Assembly (NCBI GenBank): GCA_002633005.1
Contig: NMRA01000512.1
Location: 4,540-68,539, forward strand
Reading direction: 5' to 3'
Origin: Phoronis australis
Lineage: Eukaryota > Animalia > Phoronida
DNA: 64,000 nucleotides
Of the stretch, positions 11,851 to 26,126 are shown piece after piece. Position 1 is the stretch's first letter; each line of letters begins with the position of its first letter. The notes under the pieces are model-generated. The model searched no databases and was not told where the DNA came from. It was given only the letters and a program-made list of their open reading frames with translations. The position numbers were made by a program, and so were the translations under genes.

Positions 11851-14235
11851 CCCTCGCAATGTTGTTTCTTTCTGTGCTTTTTCAGTTTGCCATTTGTTTT
11901 TAAATACACTGATAATTGTTTATTCTTGAATCTTGTGCGTAGCAGATTCTTATCCACCTAGCTACAATTGAAAACATACAATAAGACAATCAATGCAGTC
12001 ACTGTATGTCATTTCCCCAAAATCTGTACCAAATTGAAAAGTTTTTACCAATAGTATAAAGCCTTTCTTCTGAAAAGAAAATTTAATGTCACTCAGCTTT
12101 TGGCTTTCATTTCACTGGGTTCTAGTTTCAATGGCCTATAGAAGCGCTTGTAAAAAAGGTCCAGTGTCAACACGTGGCTTTCTTTCATTTAACCTCATTC
12201 AGCCTCAATAACATCCACAATTAGACCCTTGAAGGTAAACACAGCAGCATATCACTTGAATCGTTTTGAGCCCAAAATCAGACTCTGAACTAGACCAGAG
12301 TCTGACCAGGTCTTCTTTAGCTTCAGTCCCTCGTGTTTCTTCCAGGAAAGGAAATAAGCTATTGCCCACACATGACTGATTGCATATGAAAGGGCATCCT
12401 CACCAACAAGGCTTATTTGTGTAGCAGTCAGAAATAGTTCGTCTGGATACACAGACACTCCACTGGCACATTGTCTTAGGGTAACTTTGTACTGATATTC
12501 ACATTTCTAAAGCGCCACTGACTTGCACATTGTGCCATGCAGCACTGCTGGTGTGTGGAAGTGCTGTGGGAAGAGAACGGAGTAACAAAGCTTGTCTATG
12601 ATACAGCTTGAAGTGGCCTTGAAATGTCACTGAACCTGGAACAAGTATTGAAATATGAATAATTAAGTACTCCAGATTGGATCAAAAATGTTATCCCTGT
12701 TTTTCAAAAATATATGGTGATTGGTCTACAGTTTCACATAAAAGTAAATAATTACTATTTTCAGAAACCAAGGGTGTATAAAATGAGTATTGCATAAAAC
12801 TATGTCTTTATTTTTTATCCCTAGCCATAACAATTATTTATACGCATCACTTGTCTGTAAAATATACAAGTTTTTTGAGACAACTTCAAACCTTTGTTAC
12901 CCATTTTCAAGCCTTTTTAATTTTGATACTTTCAACAATTTTAAAACTCAGATTACAGGTTCATGGGTCTGTCAAGCATACTTCTAGCCTAAGGTTGAGG
13001 GAACCGTTTTTCTTCTAATAGAAGATATGAAGACTTGGGTCATTTAAAAATGATGGATAATGTTTCTGTTGTTTAAGAGTAATTACAAAACGTAAGGCAC
13101 CATCAAAAATGCAATTTTCACAAAAATGGCAGTCATTTGAATTTATAACCACTTGCAACATTTCAAAGCATGAGTTAAGACTATTCAGTCACTGTGAATT
13201 CGGAAAATGTAATATATTTTCGGGGTTTTACAATTGATACAAGTAGCAAAACAGTTTCATGAAATCAACTTGAAGGGACTTCGTGAAGGTTAAGAATTAC
13301 CTCACCATGCTCTTTTCCCCAAACATGTATTACCTGTTATTCCCACACATTCAGTTGTACCAAATATTAAAACCCCCCATGCCAATCCCCCCTCGGGACC
13401 TGAATAAGTTATTTAACAAAATGACTTTAAAAATAGCTGTTCCTTTTCAAAGGCTTTGTTCGTTGTCTCCAATATTGAAAGTAGGCTTTGACAACAGATC
13501 TGCACTGGATGGGAAGATCTTGTTGGTTAGCTGCAGTCAAATGCTAAAAACCAATTTTTGTCCATTCAGGGACGGTGCAGAAGCGATGCATATCTCCTCT
13601 GCACGGTACAAGCCTTCAAACCTAAAAACCAAAGGTTACGTGAAAACTGACGTGATAGATTTCCATTTCAACGTGTAATAGATTTCCAGAAGACATATGA
13701 TAGGGAGTAAACAAATAGTCTAATGCAATGGATATTTATCACTCACGTACCCTTTGCCATTGGGATTGGATTGTAATCTTAACTCATTAACCTGTATCGA
13801 GTTGACAGCATAAACATTCAGCATTGATTGATGTAACTGTCACTGATAAACTTTTAGAAATCATTCCAAACAATAATAATGCTTTGATGTACGAAAAGAT
13901 CCCGATTGCTACGTCAAGTATCGTATCACATATCACAACATACAAAGATTAACCAGACTCTGGCTGGCGACTGACTGCCGCGAAGTCGACATCGGCGAGT
14001 GCCTCAGTTAACAGGCATCGGTAGAATAATCATGGAATAATCGTTAAAATAGTCACAAACCTTACCTTTGTATGAGGTCGTGCTTACTTCCTCTCATAGA
14101 AGCACCCTTTTCACGCAATCTCAGATTCAAGCCATTTCACCATGTATTTAAAGGGCTCGCGAAATCGAGGCTGTTAATCTATCACCACTAGTACACGCAC
14201 GCCCTCTAGTTGTTGTAGATTTTCCGAATAGCCCC
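11851..14235 (-). mobile_element. Second, independent insertion of the ISL2EU-like element (right part)
   Basis: Similar to 1-1922 and ends CCGAATAGCCCC|AT, but with a different right flank (TGTAATCG vs TAAGATTT). SAP-like remnant near 14066-14130. Confidence 0.6.
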
Positions 14236-15293
14236 ATTGTAATCGTAGGCAATTGTAATGCAAACCATGTTGCAAAAGTATTTTTCCGTGACCATTTCAT
14301 TGTAAAAATGCTGTCTAATTGAAACCGACAACAAAGCCAATTTTTCATTTTGTGGTGGTTAGTTTTGATAAGAACATTGATGTGGTAAATACAGCTACCT
14401 CAAATTTGTGAAAAAGAGATTTCCAGTGTTGTCAGCGATATTGCGAAATCACTTTTTCGCAGTGAGGCTACACCACCTCAAATGGGATTCCCTGACTTTA
14501 TGGGTTGTGTGTGGTTGACTCTGTCCTGTAGCAATTGGAGTGTTGAAAAGATCTAGCAGACAATTTTTATTAGAGTCATAACATTTGCACTTTTGACTGT
14601 ACAGTTATCTTTGTATTGTATTATGAAAACATATTTTGTAGTAAACAAGTCTCTGGTTGGTGTTTTACATTTTTTAACAAGGAATATTTTTAACTTAGAT
14701 GAGTTGTCGGTGAGGTAGGCAACTTTCAGATAAGATAAGGAATAAAATTGTCAAAGAATGTTTTATTTTTTAGATGTTCGATCTTCCAATTAGTGATTAC
14801 TTAAAAAAACAGTGCAGAATTTGATTTTCACTCTTTATTAAAGGAGAATAAATCCATAAACGTGCATTGTCTAGAAATTTTACTTAAACTACGTACAGGG
14901 TTGGGGATTGGACCCGTATCATGAGCAATATAACACAACACATGGATATAAAAACTTGGTGTTTAGGTTCCACGGAAAGGATTCGTGTGCGCGGTAATAG
15001 TTACTGAGGTGCGTGGTCATTGTTTGTGGATACTTTGGGATTCCTCGTCTGTGGTCATCCACGGGAAACCTGGTCGCATAGAGAACAATAGATTAGCATC
15101 TTCATTGTTCCCGTTGTTATAATAAAGATAATGACGAGCATTTATCGGCAACAGTCTGATGTGCGTAAGGTTCGAAATCCATGCGACCTGTGTTGTTATA
15201 TCCAACAATGACACAACGAAGGAAAACAATGATAGGACCAATGGGCGATATACATGCGACGAATTGCCACGGACAGTGAAGTCTTGTCATTCA

Positions 15294-15509
15294 CATGCGC
15301 GCACCTAGGGGTCTCGGTTTCTGACGTTGTGGGCCTTTTGGTAACAAGAACCGGTGGACTAAAAAAAAACGGTGGCACCACTGCGAATTGTGCTGTCTCA
15401 TTTTCTCGGACTTTTTGTTTCTCAGAGGCCGACCTTATTGCACACTTCGCCAAATGGGGGGTGCTCGTTTTAGCCCACGAGCCCCCNCCCCCCCCCAGTT
15501 GCGCGCATG
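15294..15509. mobile_element. MITE with ~8-bp TSD (hAT-like)
   Basis: Termini CATGCGCGCA...TGCGCGCATG flanked by GTCATTCA / GTCATTCG. Confidence 0.65.
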
Positions 15510-16801
15510 GTCATTCGAATGTTTTTAGAGAACTGCAAACCCGGTATTTCGTCGGGAAATTTTCTTCGGTCTTTTGTTTTAAGCCACCAAACTTATCATT
15601 CATTTTATATTACAATCCATCGCATGAACATTTGATCAACAGAAAATCTGATTTGAATATTTGTGAAGAAATACCCATGAGGAAATTGCAAGGCATAACA
15701 ACCGTAAATCAAAATAACCTACATTTGTCGAGTTCATGTCTAACCCTGTTCACTGTGGAGGACACAATCGGCTTTTTACAAAATGGAGCCATGTATGGTA
15801 TCTAGGAGTACTATTGCCCTAAGTGGTAAGTAGTAAAACATTCAAAACATTCAGGAAGAACAAAATCGTTGCAAAATATCGAAAAACATGAAGGACAATC
15901 TGATTTTACGTGCTCACGCGTCGATCTCAAATTTTTGAAAATTTCTCATTTTAGTACATTTTAGGTGCCAAAATTTATAACTAATAAACTGGCAGACAAA
16001 GTTTTTATTTTATGCAATGAAAGTAACGTGTTTTGTCAATGTTTTGGTCAAGTTTCATTCTCATAGCAGTGGGGGCAGATTTGGTAGAGCAATGTAGTAA
16101 AACTACAAAATGATGGTGGTAAATCGGAATCTTTCTTTCAAGACATCTGTGTAACAATCTATAGGCACCACTAAACAATGCCAAGTGAATAATAGTTCAA
16201 TAGCTTTCATTCAAGGAAAAACATAACACTTAAAACTGGACAGTTTTTATACCGTGAAAACATGGCTGCGAAGCCGTAAAATGTGTTTGAGCCTATAACT
16301 TTGGTACAACGTAATATTCTGAGGAAATATTTTACCACTGTTTATAGAACCCATAGGACTACCTACATGGATGTGCCAAATTTGGTGAAAATCGGTTGAC
16401 CCCCACCTTGCCGCTGGATGGTTGGTGCTCTCGTGGACTAGTACTTAATAACTAAATGGGTCATTACACGATTGTATTGGCCATGCGTGGCTGATATTGT
16501 GGTATAATCTATATTTAGCTCGACCTCGTATTTTTCATCATATATTTGTTTGAAACAAATAATTTCGCAGTATAAAAAGTAGAAAAAACATACACGCGCG
16601 CATACATACATCACAAGCACACCCGGGATCATAATATTATCAAAGACGAAAATTAAACAACTATATGAATCATAGGGGTCCATCTTTTGACGAATAAGTC
16701 ATATTGACAATTATTACAAAAATTACTTTTTCAAGCTTGTGATATTTAGAGAGTTCTATTTTGAGTGTCTGCAAACATGGAACACATAAAAACCTTGGTT
16801 T

Positions 16802-19516
16802 CTGCCATTCTTGTGGACGAGGCTGTTGGTTGTATAACAGATCTAGTATACAAACGAGACACTCTGGCAATGACTAATACAGGTAGAGCTCGTTTTCTAT
16901 GAAGTGAGGATAACTCAAGGTGTAATATATGAAGTATCTATTTTCCCAGAGAAGGTTTACGGATTATTACCTTCAAGGTTGAGAAATTGACATTCATGAA
17001 AACCAGAAATTGTTCTATTTTAAATCTTTCAAACTTAATTACTATTCGGAGGAATACTTTCACTGCAATCTATCTCGGATACGTAGTTCACATGCGGGAG
17101 TTGGCATTCCAGAGCTAGAGTTCATGTACAACGCGCGTGAGCAGGGTTCTATAGAATTCCAACCCCGTCAATTGTGAACGCGTACGGGATTTACATGTTA
17201 GCGCGTTAGTTTAGGTCTGTGTGAGTTGAATAACGCGTAGGTGGACTTGCAGTAGTTTGCAATACCCCGGCTCTAAAATTTTGACATTTTCAGCTTGAGG
17301 TTGTGATACGTTTTACATACTATTAGTTGTTATTTATATAAGCCAGTAGTAGTCCAAATCAGTCATTAAATTTAAAGTTGGCCAAATCAACAATAGCCAT
17401 TTAGCTTACACATTGGAATCGACTATGAATTCTGAGAAAATCCCAGTTAGTTGAATATTTATCTCAGCATTGTTTTTTGTGATGAGTTCAAAAAGCCCGG
17501 AAATGCCAAACAGGTTGAAACCGGTTTCTAAAACTCTCCGCTTACCACATGATTGACAGGTCAGTCGCACTCAGTCACTTGGTTCTTCTCTGAGGTCATT
17601 TCTTATTGTATTTTTATGTCCATTAACTCTCTACCGACAATATGTCAGCAAGGCAAAAACATGCATTACGGATTCCACTGCGACTGCTAGTTTCTCAATA
17701 AGCGCATTTAAATGGAAGGATCACATTGCTGTATTCAAAGCGCAGATTTGTAAAAGTCTAATCAACCCGTTCTTAGACTATTTGATCAACCAGTCTTAGT
17801 CGCGTTACGTAGTGACGCGAAGTGTCATCTTTGCAGTACATTAACCTGTTACGAAACAAAACAGCGCGTTAATGAGTCGACGAGAACGCGTTGACGTGTA
17901 AAACCGGCACGCGTAACCAACAAACAGACTGGAAATTCCATAAAGTTCATATAACACGCGTGCCCACAGAAATGAGTCCCCCCCCCTNTTAGACTATTTG
18001 ATCAACCAGTCTTAGTCGCGTTACGTAGTGACGCGAAGTGTCATCTTTGCAGTACATTAACCTGATACGAAACAAAACAGCGCGTTAATGAGTCGACGAG
18101 AACGCGTTGACGTGTAAAACCGGCACGCGTAACCAACAAACAGACTGGAAATTCCATAAAGTTCATATAACACGCGTGCCCACAGAAATGAGTCCCCCCC
18201 CATTGTCCCATCGTACACGCCTTCTTAATTATTTGAGCTGACAACAGTGTACACTGCAGTGAGCAGGTGGTTACATGTACGTTTAATTAACCGATATTGC
18301 TATAGTTGTGCTCATTAAGAACGTACGCTCTAAGCGGTATGCTGCAAAGTTTATTAATCTAAAGTTGAAGACATTCGCCAGTGGTACCCGAGGCGTTTAC
18401 GTTCTCAACATTCAGAGCGACCCATCTGCTGTTTATCGGTTTGCCCGCAGGAATGAGCCCTGTCTTTGTAAGTTGAGCTGACCACAGAGCTGCGGGCAGT
18501 ACTAAAATCAAAAGTTTGTCGGGTTTGCCATTACATGACAACGTTTCTCAACCTGTTATTTTCAGCGACAAGTATTTGAGTATAAGAACGTTACAGAGCT
18601 TATTGAAAAAGTACAGATAATACGACTGAAATTCGGCCTGCTGGGGTAGACCCAAGATCCCGGTGGGGGTGCATTTGCAATCTTTAGTGCCCATACGAAA
18701 GAGTGGATAATCCCAGCTTAAACAGACAAGGGTGCAAGGTTTCTGTTGCCAAGAACATGGGATTGGGCACTAAAGAGTATCCCGCGCAAACTGTGCTGTC
18801 GATCACATGAAGAGTCACGTGACATCTCAGTAGCCTGCCGAAGTCCTCGAGATGAGGACGCAACGTATACAACTCAATCCCTAAATCCAGTAATTGATTT
18901 AATTTTCTGCGTATTAATAAGGTGGACAGAATACGTAAGCAGCTGACGGGAGGCAAATGTTAGAAATATGACCGCTTTCCAAAATGCTCAAACTGTCACT
19001 GGGGGGCAGCACAGGTTAGAATCATAAGAAAACATGCATCTGCCATAGTTTCCTGGATACAAACAGTTTAGCCAAATTTCTTTTAATTTCACCAACGAAA
19101 TCTAGTTATAGGAACTCTCACAAGGGGACCAGCAGGACCCAAATTATCTAAAAATTGACGTCGACCAATTTCATTATCAAAAAAACATATTAGCATAAAT
19201 TAATGGAGCCTCTTGATGAGATTTACAAGATACAGCTGCATACTGCCTGTAGTCAAGTATTGTAAAGTAAGGTATGATATGTCCTGTCTTGCTTGGAAAG
19301 AAACAAAAAGTCCAGTTCCTATTTTTCCGAGACAATATTTTGCTGATGCGACAAGTTATATTTTTCTTCTTTTTTGCCAGTTGCAAATCGGTGTCCTACC
19401 AGGCCGGGCGGTTTTCGCGTTTTCCTAGAAAATGAGTTCTATTTGTCACTGGCAGTGTCATTTGTTTTTTAGACCTGTTATACAACCAACAACCCCTTCC
19501 ACAGTACTGTAGGCAG
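16802..19516. mobile_element. ~2.7-kb non-autonomous element with long imperfect terminal inverted repeats
   Basis: TGTGGACGAGGCTGTTGGTTGTATAACAGATCTA (16812 on) is inverted at TAGACCTGTTATACAACCAACAACCCCTTCCACA (19470-19503), with further inward similarity. No recognisable transposase. Confidence 0.5.
17773..18200. repeat. ~215-bp tandem duplication across single n (17988), likely unmerged contig overlap
   Basis: TTAGACTATTTGATCAACC...GAGTCCCCCCC is repeated directly on both sides of the n. Confidence 0.85.
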
Positions 19517-21036
19517 ATAAAAAGGTATTAAAAAGCGCTAACTAGTGCTAAGCGATACCGAAGATAGTTTACAGCGAACCAACACACGAGGACGAGATAA
19601 CAGATAACGAGAAATACAAAAGTTATAAAATATGTTGATCTGTAGAGGTGGGTGACAACTTGCCTGACAATCGGCACTAAACTACTACAGAAATTGATAA
19701 ATACATAGGTTAAGTTATCATAGCTAAAAATCCCGGGGGGTGAAATCTTACTCGGATTGGTTGCCGTTTTTGTAACTTGCTCATTACGTCACTATAGTCC
19801 CGGTTTTAGAAACTGGAATTGTTATTTTCTGTAATTAAATTAATTTTGTTAAAAACAACAGAAAAGCTTGGCAGTTCCTTTAATAATAACATGCGATAGG
19901 ACGTCAAAAACCTTCAGAATAGATAACTGTAACATTTCCGAAATGTCAAATGGGTCTGCTTAAACTACGTCTTCCAATCCGAACAGAAACAATTATTGTT
20001 GTTATGCTTTATGTTCGATACTGTGACGTCAGTGTTGCTTCGAAGACGTCTGACTTTATTAGAAACAAATGATGCTCTTTGCTTAGTGTTGAGGTATAGA
20101 TCCAGTTATCTAGTGTAAGTTGTTCTTATACGTTTATGAAATACACTTAGAAACATTGGCCATTCCTCCGTCTTAACACTTGAAAAGGAGGACGGGGTGA
20201 AGTGGCCGTGTGACGGTTCGTGCATAAAACCATGTAAAATTATCGTATTACAATTTACTCTGTTTACTCCTGTAGTCCGCCTTCAATTCTCAGCGCCGCA
20301 TGCCACCAATTTTCAGGCTGATTGGCGCGATAATTCCACAGATGATAAATATTGTAACCATCAATTCTCCCCCCCCCCGGCCGTTTTCCCGTGCTCCCCA
20401 GGACGCACCAATTCCAATTTTCGTTCACGTCGGTGGGCTAAATGTATGGTTCACGCCTAAAAATACAGAATCACGATCACGGTAAACCTCAAATCAGGCT
20501 TGACGGATATGAAAAACGCCAGTTTCACGTAAACAGCCGCGAAAAAGACTTCCACTGCCCTCACAGAGGTGTCCTGATAATTTCAAACGAAAATAGATAC
20601 AGAAAAATTGACTATGAATGATTTAAGTTTAGGAAAAACAGAAGTATATCTACATGTATGATAGAAGTAGATGCGCTTCAGGTCGACTTGTTAATCTCGA
20701 ATTTGTCGTGGTCACGAAATAAGTGCGTAGGTGCTGCGCATTTCTGCGTGTGTGCGTGGCAAATTTAATATCCACATCTCTGTTTTCTAAATCTACATGT
20801 CTAACTAAAATCATTAATGCTATTGACACTAGAGTATATGAACATATAGAAAAGGTTATTTGATTAAAGAGATATAGCGTGTGAATTGGGACGACGTTTA
20901 GTCAAAAATGTCCAGGGGGTTTGCGCAGAATTGTTAGCACGAAAACGATACTAATAGTGGGAGCATGGCCCAAATACCTACAAGTAGGGCGATATGCCAA
21001 AGGGTTGTGTGAAGTGCAGGGGAAAACCTGAACCTG

Positions 21037-21125
21037 ATTGGCTCAACACCGATCAAGCTGCGCTGTACGACTTTATAAAATGTGCCTGTTTGGCCATCGC
21101 AATACGAAGTTCGTCGAACACTGAG
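21037..21125 (+). promoter_or_regulatory. Putative promoter and non-coding exon 1 of the prepropeptide gene
   Basis: Inverted CCAAT (ATTGG 21037-21041), TATAAAA 21074-21080, and a strong donor GAG|GTAAGT at 21125/21126. Linkage to the acceptor at 26264 is inferred. Confidence 0.5.
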
Positions 21126-21519
21126 GTAAGTTAGGATAACAATATTAATGTGTTTGCATGTTTTCAGGACTTTTTTATTGCCGGGTCGTTGGAACAGTGG
21201 TCACAGCGTGAAGGCAAGAGGTCACAGTTGTCACATTTCTAGTCGTACGGTCAATGTTCTGGCCGTTTCATTTTAGTGGTACTGTACACTAGCTAAAAAT
21301 GCGGTCCAGATAAACGATACTAAACTTTACTGTTGAAACCACAGAACTCTAACCCTAGACTTCCAACTCCGATCTCGCAGCCGCTGAGGTTGCGCAGCGC
21401 ATGCGTGAGAGTTGTTTGCATTCGTTTGTTCGGGAGTGTGCTCTTGCTATGAAATTTACTAATATTAAAACTTTTCACAACTCCGCTGTTTTTCAACCGA
21501 ATTGTGTTCTGAATATGCG

Positions 21520-22572
21520 TTCGGTAATAGCGTGCAACCACCATACGTCTCCTTTGAAGCCTGGGAGATAATTGGCCTGCTTGTTATCATACGGGACAAA
21601 AGACTGAGCTGGGCAGTTAACAAAAGAGTCAGATGTTATCGCACGTTCAACAGCCCTCACGTCTGGAAAAATTACTGAACGAAAGAACGCTGTAATGTAT
21701 GAGACACAGCTATGGGCGCAAAGACAGACAAAACTGCCACTAGGAGGCGCCATAGTTGTCGAAGTCGTCGGAAAATCATTGTCAACCGTCTTCTTCATAG
21801 TAAGAACATGCATGCCAATTTTCATAATCATCCTTAGAGTGGTTTGGTTCATAGAGAGCAGATGCCAAAAACAGACTCGAAAACAGTAAAAATGGCCACT
21901 AGATGGCGCAAAATGCCTCGAATCCACCCAAAAACGGGAGGATAGTGTCACNCGCTTGATCCCAGACCGCCCCGAGTTGCTCCAGCATCCATCTCGGGGC
22001 GGTCTCTCACGAGGGTTTAGCGTTATGGACAGAACGCTGTAATGTATGGGCGCAAAGACAGACAAAACTGCCACTAGAAGGCGCCATAGTTGTCGAAGTC
22101 GTCGGAAAATCATTGTCAACCGTCTTCTTCATAGTAAGAACATACATGCCAATTTTCATAATCATCCTTAGAGTGGTTTGGTTCATAGAGAGCAGATGCC
22201 AAAAACAGACTCGAAAACAGTAAAAGTGGCCACTAGATGGCGCAAAATGCCTCGAATCCACCCGAAAACGGGAGGATAGTGTCACCTTACCAATAGTTGC
22301 CTGCGTGCCGAATTTCATGGAAGTCGGTTTAGGAGCTTTGAAGGTTACAAACGTAAAAAAACTGAAATTGCCACTAGGGGGAATAGTGGTATTCGGGTCG
22401 GTCCGAAACTCGTCACCCTTTGTCGCCAACCCCATAGAAACACACTCGCCAAATTTCAATACGATCCTTTAAGGGGCTTAGAAGACACAGCCGCGGACGC
22501 CAGACGCCCGGACACCCAGACAGAGATGACGGCAATATGCACCCACATATAAATATGTGGGCGCATAGTAAA
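21520..22572 (+). mobile_element. Helentron/HINE-like non-autonomous repeat with internal ~150-bp subrepeats
   Basis: Terminal hairpin TATGCACCCACATAT-AA-ATATGTGGGCGCATA (22536-22567), preceded by GACG/GACA microsatellite-like sequence. Subrepeats carry CCACTAGRNGGCGC. The 5' part recurs inverted at 63830-63990. 21674-21951 duplicates ~22032-22286 across the n at 21952. Confidence 0.5.
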
Positions 22573-23175
22573 AAGAGAAAATGTATTTTGAACACCTGTT
22601 GAATAGTTGTCACGATCAACATTCAAGAACGAAAATAAATGTACTGAACAAATGGATTGAAAAGATGGACTTCAGGATAAAATACGGGACAACTCACAAA
22701 GATGTAACGACAACGTTTTTTGTCGAAAGGGAGATGTTATACCCACAAATGCGCGACAGTGTTATTATTGTTGTTTTTATAGTTGAATGGGAGTGTACTT
22801 CAAAAACCCATGAAACATCCCGTTCTTTCTGTTTAGTCTAACGAGAAAGTATGAATATATAGGGTGGGAAATTACTATTGTACGTTATAATATGTCAGTT
22901 TGGCCGTGGGTTAAAAAGCAGGACATTTACATGTACATGGTGTGGCAAGGAGGCGGAAAATTAAGGAAAGTGCGACAGTCAGCAATGAGCGGGGCAAATG
23001 GCAAGTACACTGTACTCTGTCAGCAACATGAAGTACTGGATTAAGTTATTTTACTAGGTAAACTTTTCATTTTTTTAGAGTTTTATTTCTCTGTATAGGT
23101 AAATACTACAGATAATAGTAGTCCTGTTTCGACGAAATGATCATTATAGAAGCAATTGAAAACAGAAATAATACT

Positions 23176-23188
23176 CACACACACACGC

Positions 23189-23244
<56 letters not shown>
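23176..23244. repeat. (CA)n microsatellite
   Basis: Read directly. Confidence 0.98.
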
Positions 23245-23246
<2 letters not shown>

Positions 23247-24944
23247 AGCTAATGTATGAGTATTTTTTTCGAAAGTTACGATAGCACACCTCTTTTTGCA
23301 GCCTGAATCTCTTCTCTTAGACCAAAGGTAATTTCTTACCGTAAAATACAGTAACATGATTTTGACATCCAAAATGTCTAAAAACTCTTGGCATGTAGTA
23401 TGATAAGTTGTCGAAAGTGGTTCTACAATTGGAACTGAAAGAAATCATAAGCCAAACTAATCCCAACATCTCACCCAGTGCTGTAGTGGTAAAATTAGAG
23501 ATACAGTACTTGTAAGTAGGTCATCAATGCCCACCGCATCACCATGAGCATTATAAAAGTGCACTGAATTCGCAACCTACGGTGCGTAGGCACTACGTTT
23601 AAATGCCAAAATGTGGTTGACTGCGCGTACGTGCACCTGCGCACCACTACAGCACTGATCTTCCCAGGGCCACATGTCGGTAGTTATAAAGAATGTCCAG
23701 TGCCATTGTCGGTTTAGTTGATTTATTTTGCCTAGAAATTGTTGATTGTATGTAGCCATACATGTACCTCAAGAGTTTCATTTGATGGACAATATCAACA
23801 AAATGGAAATGAAGCAATGGAATTTGGCTTGATTTGATAACTACAACTGTCGATCAAAACTCGGTCAATTGAGCTGGCAAACTCTCACGGCTAGTCTCGT
23901 GGTCACGAGGTCTAATAATATAATGCATAGGCCTCGTACAAGAGTTGGCGTTCCAGAAAAAAATTTGTTGGTAAAAACGTGTGTTATTATACTTCTAGAG
24001 CGTTCAAACAGGGTTCTAATAACTCCAGTCTTGTGGTGTAGAGGATGATGTGAGTTAAAGTGGAGATATTGATCCGTGCGGGTGGGTTTACGATTCACTA
24101 GCTGCGATGGACAGCCCAGTATTTCCTGTGGTTGCGAACATTTATATGGAATTTCTTGAGAACCAGGCCATAGCCACACCACCGGTGGAGTGTAGACAGT
24201 ATCTATGGAAACGTTGTGTGGACGATGTTCTAGAAATTGTGAAACGGGGACTGGTTGATAATTTAACACACGAGGAAGACAGGACGGTAGAGGAAAAACA
24301 TATAGAAGATGCGTTAGTTAAATGTGGTAATCCCAAGTGGTCTATCAACAAGGTAAAGCAGACGCTATCGAATACAGACTTCATTGAGAGGAATCGCCAA
24401 CCGGAAGAGGAGAGGCAATGTAGTCATCCCGTATATTGAAGGTCTTTCGGAATCTGCACAACGTGTGTTCAGACAATATGGCATAGTTACTGCCATGAAG
24501 CCGTGTAAGACTATCAGGAATATTTTAGTTCATCCCAAAGACAGAATAAATGAGGATAAGAAATGTCAGTGTGTTTATCGCATTCCTTGCCTCAACTGTG
24601 AATCCGTATACATCGGGGAGACTGGGCGTGAGTTTTCAGTCAGGCTTAACGAACACAGAAAGGAGGTGGATGAGCTGTCTCAGCGTAGAGTCACGCGTTC
24701 AGAGAGGAGATGGTATCGGGATCAGTACTATCAACAAATCTGCAGTGACGGACCATGCTATTGCTTTTAACCACGCGTACAGTAATTAACTGGAAAGACG
24801 CTCGTCCTATCGAGTCGGAGAATAACTTGAGATCTGGACGGATTAGAGAGTCTATTTGAGGTAAAAGTGGCTCAGTTTTGATCAGAGTCGATAGGGGGTA
24901 TAAATTGTCTAAAATTTGGAACAGTGTCATCACCTCGCCACCTA

Positions 24945-26114
24945 CAGCCGATTTCATAAAGGTGGTTTAAAGTTAAACCAGGTTTAAACTGGACTTAGAC
25001 CACGTTTAATGATAGTCTGCATTTCATAAAGGTGGTTTAACTTTTAGACCAGTGGTCTTGTAAAACCTGGTTTAACTCCAGTTTAGACCTGGTCTAAGTC
25101 AGTTTTCATTTCACCAACGAGGTCTATATTCTTTAGACCTGTATTAAGATCTTAAACCATGTTTAACTTTAGACTTGGTCAGACCCAGGTTTAACTGTTA
25201 AATATGTCAGACTTGCATGGTATAGGTACAACTGAATGATGACGCGGTGTGCAATTTCGACGCAGTTTTAGAGCGAAAATGGACTATTTTCATTATTCAG
25301 GTTTACTACGACACGAGATCAAACGTAGCTGGGGCGGATCCTGGATTTTTTAAAGGAGAGGGGACGGTCAAGGACTTTTTGAAAGGGGGGACCAAGTCAA
25401 CAATTTGAAAATTATAGATTTGATATCATTAAAATCAAGGGAAAAGGGGGCTCCGGACCCCTTGACCCCTCTGGATCCGCCTATGCGTAGACCAGTACGT
25501 GCTGGAGTGTGTCCTGCGATTTCCTCAGAATACGACTGGTCGAGCAGGTCTCATCGTCGCAAGCCCTACGGATTTGACTTAAGACCGCATCCTCTGATTC
25601 TTCTGACTGAGTTCCACCTCCACTGTTCTCCGATTCAATGTTGCCGGGAAGGGGTCGTGCCCCCCTTTGGCCGCGAAAAATAAATACTAGAATGACACGG
25701 AAATAAATTTGGGCATTTATCATGTTACATCTAATCGTGAGCATGTTCTTTAATGTGTGTGTGTTGGGCACACAAATTACATTTTTCCTCATGAGAAAAG
25801 CTTTTAGACCTTTGTCGTAAATGTCTGCACTGATTCTACTAGTGTGTGCCATTCTATACCCACGTGATCAAGGTTTCATTGAAGCACTTCAATAGTTTCT
25901 TTGTTGGGTTTACCCAGCTCAACACAGTGGGGTGCCTTTGATACTTTAAACCTGATTCTACTGAACCAGCTCCCTGGTCTAGCAAAACCAGGCTTTCAGA
26001 CTCTTAAACCATGTTGGTGAAATGCAAGTTAGGTCTAAAATTAGACCAGGTTTAGGAAGACCAGGTTTAAGTCTTAAACCTAGTTTTGTTAAACCACCTT
26101 TATGAAATCGGCTG
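24945..26114. mobile_element. PIF/Harbinger-like MITE
   Basis: 26-bp TIRs CAGCCGATTTCATAAAGGTGGTTTAA / TTAAACCACCTTTATGAAATCGGCTG; 3-bp TSD CTA on both sides; subterminal AAACCAGGTTT/AGACC repeats. Confidence 0.8.
25329..25485. mobile_element. Small GGCGGATCC-type MITE nested in the Harbinger-like MITE
   Basis: CTGGGGCGGATCC...GGATCCGCCTATG flanked by a CGTAG direct repeat. Confidence 0.7.
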
Positions 26115-26126
26115 CTAGTGTCCAAT

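Noticed and set aside
21493-22459. Long minus-strand ORFs (208 and 150 aa)
   Set aside because: They run through the repeated Helentron-like subunits and an n; no domain signature.
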